Source: Bacteroidales bacterium
GTDB taxonomy: Bacteria; Bacteroidota; Bacteroidia; Bacteroidales; ML635J-15
Assembly: GCA_003249955.1 (NCBI GenBank)
Contig: QKHS01000095.1
Coordinates: 11,299-75,298 of the forward strand
Direction: 5' to 3'
DNA: 64,000 nt
Below are positions 60,390 to 64,000 of the stretch, piece after piece (position 1 is the stretch's first letter; the number at the start of each line of letters is the position of its first letter). The translations under genes were made by a program, and so were the position numbers. Below the pieces are notes generated by a model, which ran no database searches, was not told where the DNA came from, and was given only the letters and a program-made list of their open reading frames with translations.

Positions 60390-60806
60390 CTAATTATAAA
60401 TTATTATTTGCGGAACTGCCAAAACCTGATCACTTTCGGTAATTTCGACTTCTTTTACTATTGCAATATTTCCATCCGGAGAGGTAAGTGTCGAATCTTC
60501 GGAAAAGACATAAATTGTGTATTTACCGGGTCTCAGATAATTAAACCTGTAATATCCCTGATAATCTGTTTCCACCTTATCGTCATATCCTACATTTTCA
60601 CCATAAACGATATAAACATCTTCCTTTGCTCCGGCATACTCACTTATAAGTGATGTGTAAGTACTGTTATAATTACGTACCCAAACAGACCCTGTTATCG
60701 TTGCGTTACCGCCTTCGCCCGGAGACTTTTCACAGGAAGTAAAAACCAAAGCTGCAAATACGGTAATAGCAACTGCCACCTGACTAACAAAACTTCGTTT
60801 CAACAT
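60390..60806 (-). CDS. Carboxypeptidase-regulatory-like domain lipoprotein
   Basis: Lipobox VFTSCEK. A single Ig-like domain carries YQGYYRFNYLRPGKYTIYV, typical of CarboxypepD_reg. Confidence 0.65.
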   Translation of the reverse strand: MLKRSFVSQVAVAITVFAALVFTSCEKSPGEGGNATITGSVWVRNYNSTYTSLISEYAGAKEDVYIVYGENVGYDDKVETDYQGYYRFNYLRPGKYTIYVFSEDSTLTSPDGNIAIVKEVEITESDQVLAVPQIIIYN

Positions 60807-60850
60807 AATATTAAATTTATTTTATTCATTACAAATCTATACTAATAATT

Positions 60851-63142
60851 TTATAATTTAACAAACACAGAAGATCTCACATTACACTCCGAAACCACAC
60901 TTACATAGTAAACAGAGGGTTTCCACGTTTTTATATCTATGGCTATTGAGAAATAATCATTCCCTATCGGACCGGAACTGTACATAAGTTCACCTGCGGA
61001 ATTATAAATTAAAACGTTTGTAATGCTTTCTAAAGATGCAAGTTCCAGATATACCTCATCCGCAGACGGTACCGGATAAACCAGAATAGTATTGTTTATA
61101 TTTTCCGGCTGAGAATTAAATGCTCCGGGTGTCGGCACCAGCACAGAGCTTTGATTATACCCGTCAGGGAATCTTCCGACACTGCGATTATCTGAGCATA
61201 TCCCGGGCAAAAAGCAATCAACCTGAATATCAGAATCTGACATTAATTCTACAACATCTTCGTTTTGTTCATTTAACTCTGTTGAATATACGTCGGCCTG
61301 ACCAGGATAAGCAAGTAAAAATCCCCTGCCGGCTATTGTAGTATCCACAATATCAAAACCAGTCCCATGACAACGGATATTAATATTTTTCAAAAATAAT
61401 TTTTCTTCTCCCGGATTAAAAATTTCTATAGCTTCAATATCACTCAACCCGGCAACATCTCCAAAATCATAATTGTTGTAAATAATTTCATTTATTACAA
61501 TATCCCCTTGCTCTGTTCTTACAGGCACATTAAAAAACTCATATGCTGCACGTTCCGGCAAAAATGATCCTGACGAATCGTTTTCGGCCCAGAAGTAATA
61601 CTCAAAATTTTTACCTGCCGGAGTAATTTCTGCATAAAATAATGAGTCTCCGGCACACACATCCCCGTTTGTTCCGTCATCATACATAACAGAAGCTGTA
61701 AAAACCCCGTTACTCTTATCCCTGTGATACACCCATACTTTTTGGGCTCCGGAAACTTTAACTGTAATCCCCAGATTATGGTTACGTATTGCAATAGTGG
61801 CTGAAAGCTCAGGTTCTCCAAATACCGGATATCCTGAAATGCCCGGGTACGTTTCGATATAAGCAGCACGGGATTCCATTAAATCCTGAATTCCGGGAAA
61901 TTGCTCTGTTGATAAGCCGGTAGTAGAATACAGATTTTCTTCAAAATCTTCATTTGAATAAAATTTATTGGTATCTGCTTCTACATAATCCGCAATCAAA
62001 TCATGAAGTAGTTCCCCTGTCTCAAGATAGCTTCCGTTATTTATATTTTCGTTTATAATTGTCCGCAAATGAGCAAGATACATTTTTCTGTATGTAGAAT
62101 TCAAAAACAGATTTTTCATCAAAGGCCGCGGCGAAATCGAAAATGTCATATGCTGTAACGGGTTAAGAAGCGGCAATTTTGTCATTGTAACTCCCTGAAA
62201 GTTTGTTGCCCCGTCCGAATGTCTGAAACTACCAAACGACATGTTTAAATCCCACGGAATTGTATTAAACTGCAGATTCTCATCCTGATAAACATAAAAA
62301 TTCTGAGCATACGCGATATAACTATCCAGATTTAGTATGGCATAATTAAATGCATGCATCCACAAAGCTCTGTCAACGTTTAATACTGTTGTAATGTTTG
62401 CCGTATCGTTATTAAGAACGTTAATAAAATTGAAAAGCTCTTCCCAGCCATATTTCGATTCAAGGCTATAATAAGGCATATATCCCGATGAATCTTCGCC
62501 ATGAGTATAGGCAAGATTTGCATTCTGCCCGAATGGATATGACAGAGTCTCCGGATTTCCTTTAAAAAACGGGTTGTTTTTATCTCCGAAATGTTTATCA
62601 GCAAAGCACTCGTCCACCGCCTCTACATTGGTGTAAAGCCCTATAAGAGTATCATTAATATAAACATTGGCAAAATTTGCTTCTGATGCAGGCATATACT
62701 TACGTGCAATGCCATAAGCCAGAACTTCGCGCACAAAAGAAGGATCGTAAATTACATTGGAAAGCTTTAATTTTTTGTAACCCTGATGATTCTGATTTAC
62801 ATATGTGTAATCAAGATTAATGCTAAACGGATTCTTGACCTCATCTGCATTCCATGAACTGAATCCTTTGTATCTTATCCCGCATTTTTTATAAAGATCC
62901 CCGTCTATTTCCACATCTGCTTTAATTCTGGAATAGGTATCACCAGCTAAAAACAGTGAATCAAGAATATATTTCCAGTTATCGTCTTCAAAATAAATTT
63001 TTATTTCTCTAACCGAACCGCTGTCATAAAACCCTTCCTGGGAAAATGCGCTTACTGCACATATTAAAACAAGAGTAAGAGTAAAATAAAATCTTTTAAA
63101 CGATCTCAAAGACTTTAAATATTTTAATATTAAATGAGGCAT
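60851..63142 (-). CDS. CotH-family kinase-like protein with a lamin-tail-like domain and a T9SS type A C-terminal sorting domain
   Basis: Signal peptide. CotH-like N-terminal two thirds (IRYKGFSSWNADEVKNPFSINLDY...KKLKLSNVIYDPSFVREVLAY...). LTD-like IVINEIIYNN...IEIFNPGE at about 61160-61510. C-terminal LVYPVPSADEVYLEL...VYYVSVV. Confidence 0.75.
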   Translation of the reverse strand: MPHLILKYLKSLRSFKRFYFTLTLVLICAVSAFSQEGFYDSGSVREIKIYFEDDNWKYILDSLFLAGDTYSRIKADVEIDGDLYKKCGIRYKGFSSWNADEVKNPFSINLDYTYVNQNHQGYKKLKLSNVIYDPSFVREVLAYGIARKYMPASEANFANVYINDTLIGLYTNVEAVDECFADKHFGDKNNPFFKGNPETLSYPFGQNANLAYTHGEDSSGYMPYYSLESKYGWEELFNFINVLNNDTANITTVLNVDRALWMHAFNYAILNLDSYIAYAQNFYVYQDENLQFNTIPWDLNMSFGSFRHSDGATNFQGVTMTKLPLLNPLQHMTFSISPRPLMKNLFLNSTYRKMYLAHLRTIINENINNGSYLETGELLHDLIADYVEADTNKFYSNEDFEENLYSTTGLSTEQFPGIQDLMESRAAYIETYPGISGYPVFGEPELSATIAIRNHNLGITVKVSGAQKVWVYHRDKSNGVFTASVMYDDGTNGDVCAGDSLFYAEITPAGKNFEYYFWAENDSSGSFLPERAAYEFFNVPVRTEQGDIVINEIIYNNYDFGDVAGLSDIEAIEIFNPGEEKLFLKNINIRCHGTGFDIVDTTIAGRGFLLAYPGQADVYSTELNEQNEDVVELMSDSDIQVDCFLPGICSDNRSVGRFPDGYNQSSVLVPTPGAFNSQPENINNTILVYPVPSADEVYLELASLESITNVLIYNSAGELMYSSGPIGNDYFSIAIDIKTWKPSVYYVSVVSECNVRSSVFVKL

Positions 63143-64000
63143 TTATTTCTTCTGTATTTTTGCTGAAAACTCTTTACCCTTATCCTCAAATTTTATTAAA
63201 TATACACCTTGTGGCAAAGAATGCAAATCAATTACATAAGTAGCAGAAGTTGTTTTATCTGTTACATTTTTACCGGTAATGTCAAAAATATTGTATGAAT
63301 ATCCGTCACTCATATTTGTAACTGAAATAAAATCAAAACACGGATTAGGATATACATTTGCTGAAGGCAGGTAATAATGACTTGCTACTCCGGCATTCAG
63401 ATCCATCTTTGAAACTCCGTTTCCGGTAGATATCCATGCATCTCCGTCGTTATCTATTTTTATCTTTTTCACCAACACATCTACCAGTCCGTCATCAACG
63501 CTGTAAATAGTCCAGTTTGTTCCGTTATAGACGGTTACACTGCCTTCGGCCAGATAATCGGCATATTCACATGCCCATATATTACCATTATCATCAATTG
63601 CAATATCTTTTATAAAATTATTGTAAAGCCCGTCTTCCGTAGTATAATTTTCCACCCAGACATCTGATGAATTAAAAACAGAAATTCCCGAATAAGTTCC
63701 TATAAGTTTGTTGCCACCGGCATCAATTGCAATGCTGCAAACATAATCTCCGAGTAAACCGTTGCCGGTATTATAGACAACTGTAAATGCTGATCCGTTA
63801 TATTTTACAACCCCGTTTGCCCATGTGCCTATCCAGATATTACCGGAATTGTCAGCGCATAAATAGCTGATTAAATCATCTGATGGCAATCCGTCCTCAG
63901 AAGTATAATTTGTAAAATCTGTACCGTTAAATTTTGTCAGTCCGCTGTTGCTGGCAATCCAGACATTTCCCGAGTAATCAGGGGTAATAAAGACAATAGA
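63143..64000 (-). CDS. Beta-propeller repeat (two-component-regulator-propeller-like) T9SS cargo protein, truncated at its N-terminal end by the window edge
   Basis: The track ORF begins at TTG 63889. My manual translation stays open to position 64000 and continues the repeat (SGNVWIASNSGLTKFNGTDFTNYTSEDGLPSDD). The C-terminal NVYPNPCFDFISV...VYLIKF is a type A sorting domain. Its stop codon directly abuts the CotH start codon. Confidence 0.75.
   Translation of the reverse strand, partial: SIVFITPDYSGNVWIASNSGLTKFNGTDFTNYTSEDGLPSDDLISYLCADNSGNIWIGTWANGVVKYNGSAFTVVYNTGNGLLGDYVCSIAIDAGGNKLIGTYSGISVFNSSDVWVENYTTEDGLYNNFIKDIAIDDNGNIWACEYADYLAEGSVTVYNGTNWTIYSVDDGLVDVLVKKIKIDNDGDAWISTGNGVSKMDLNAGVASHYYLPSANVYPNPCFDFISVTNMSDGYSYNIFDITGKNVTDKTTSATYVIDLHSLPQGVYLIKFEDKGKEFSAKIQKK

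Overview
This 64-kb window looks like a chromosomal segment of a low-GC Bacteroidota genome. Three things support that: many TAnnTTTG -7 promoter boxes, SprB repeats, and at least five proteins ending in type IX secretion (T9SS) C-terminal sorting domains. I recognised no rRNA, tRNA, CRISPR array, transposase, integrase or phage gene.

The left and centre are mostly housekeeping and envelope genes: ahcY, ribF, an M1 peptidase, lpxH, lptB, a SulP transporter, an ABC-F ATPase, trmD, pyrG, yidC and ubiE. Large surface proteins are interspersed among them.

Accessory content:
- A TonB-dependent-receptor-like gene (1211 aa) followed by an unknown secreted partner at the left edge.
- A 1304-aa SprB/PKD adhesin with a type B sorting domain.
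- A DUF285/BspA repeat protein.
- A small, visibly GC-richer NTF2/SRPBCC/VOC island.
- A 2049-aa beta-helix adhesin carrying 19-20 near-identical 159-bp in-frame tandem repeats.
- A TolC/HlyD/MFS efflux operon with a divergent AraC regulator.

The best candidate for an undescribed system is a tightly packed minus-strand cluster at 57.6-64 kb. It links a T9SS-exported CotH-family kinase to a cytoplasmic VTC-type polyphosphate-polymerase-like protein, a polytopic DUF4956 membrane protein, a DUF2490 outer-membrane barrel and two small exported proteins.

All family calls come from reading the translated ORFs and recalling motifs. No database search was run.
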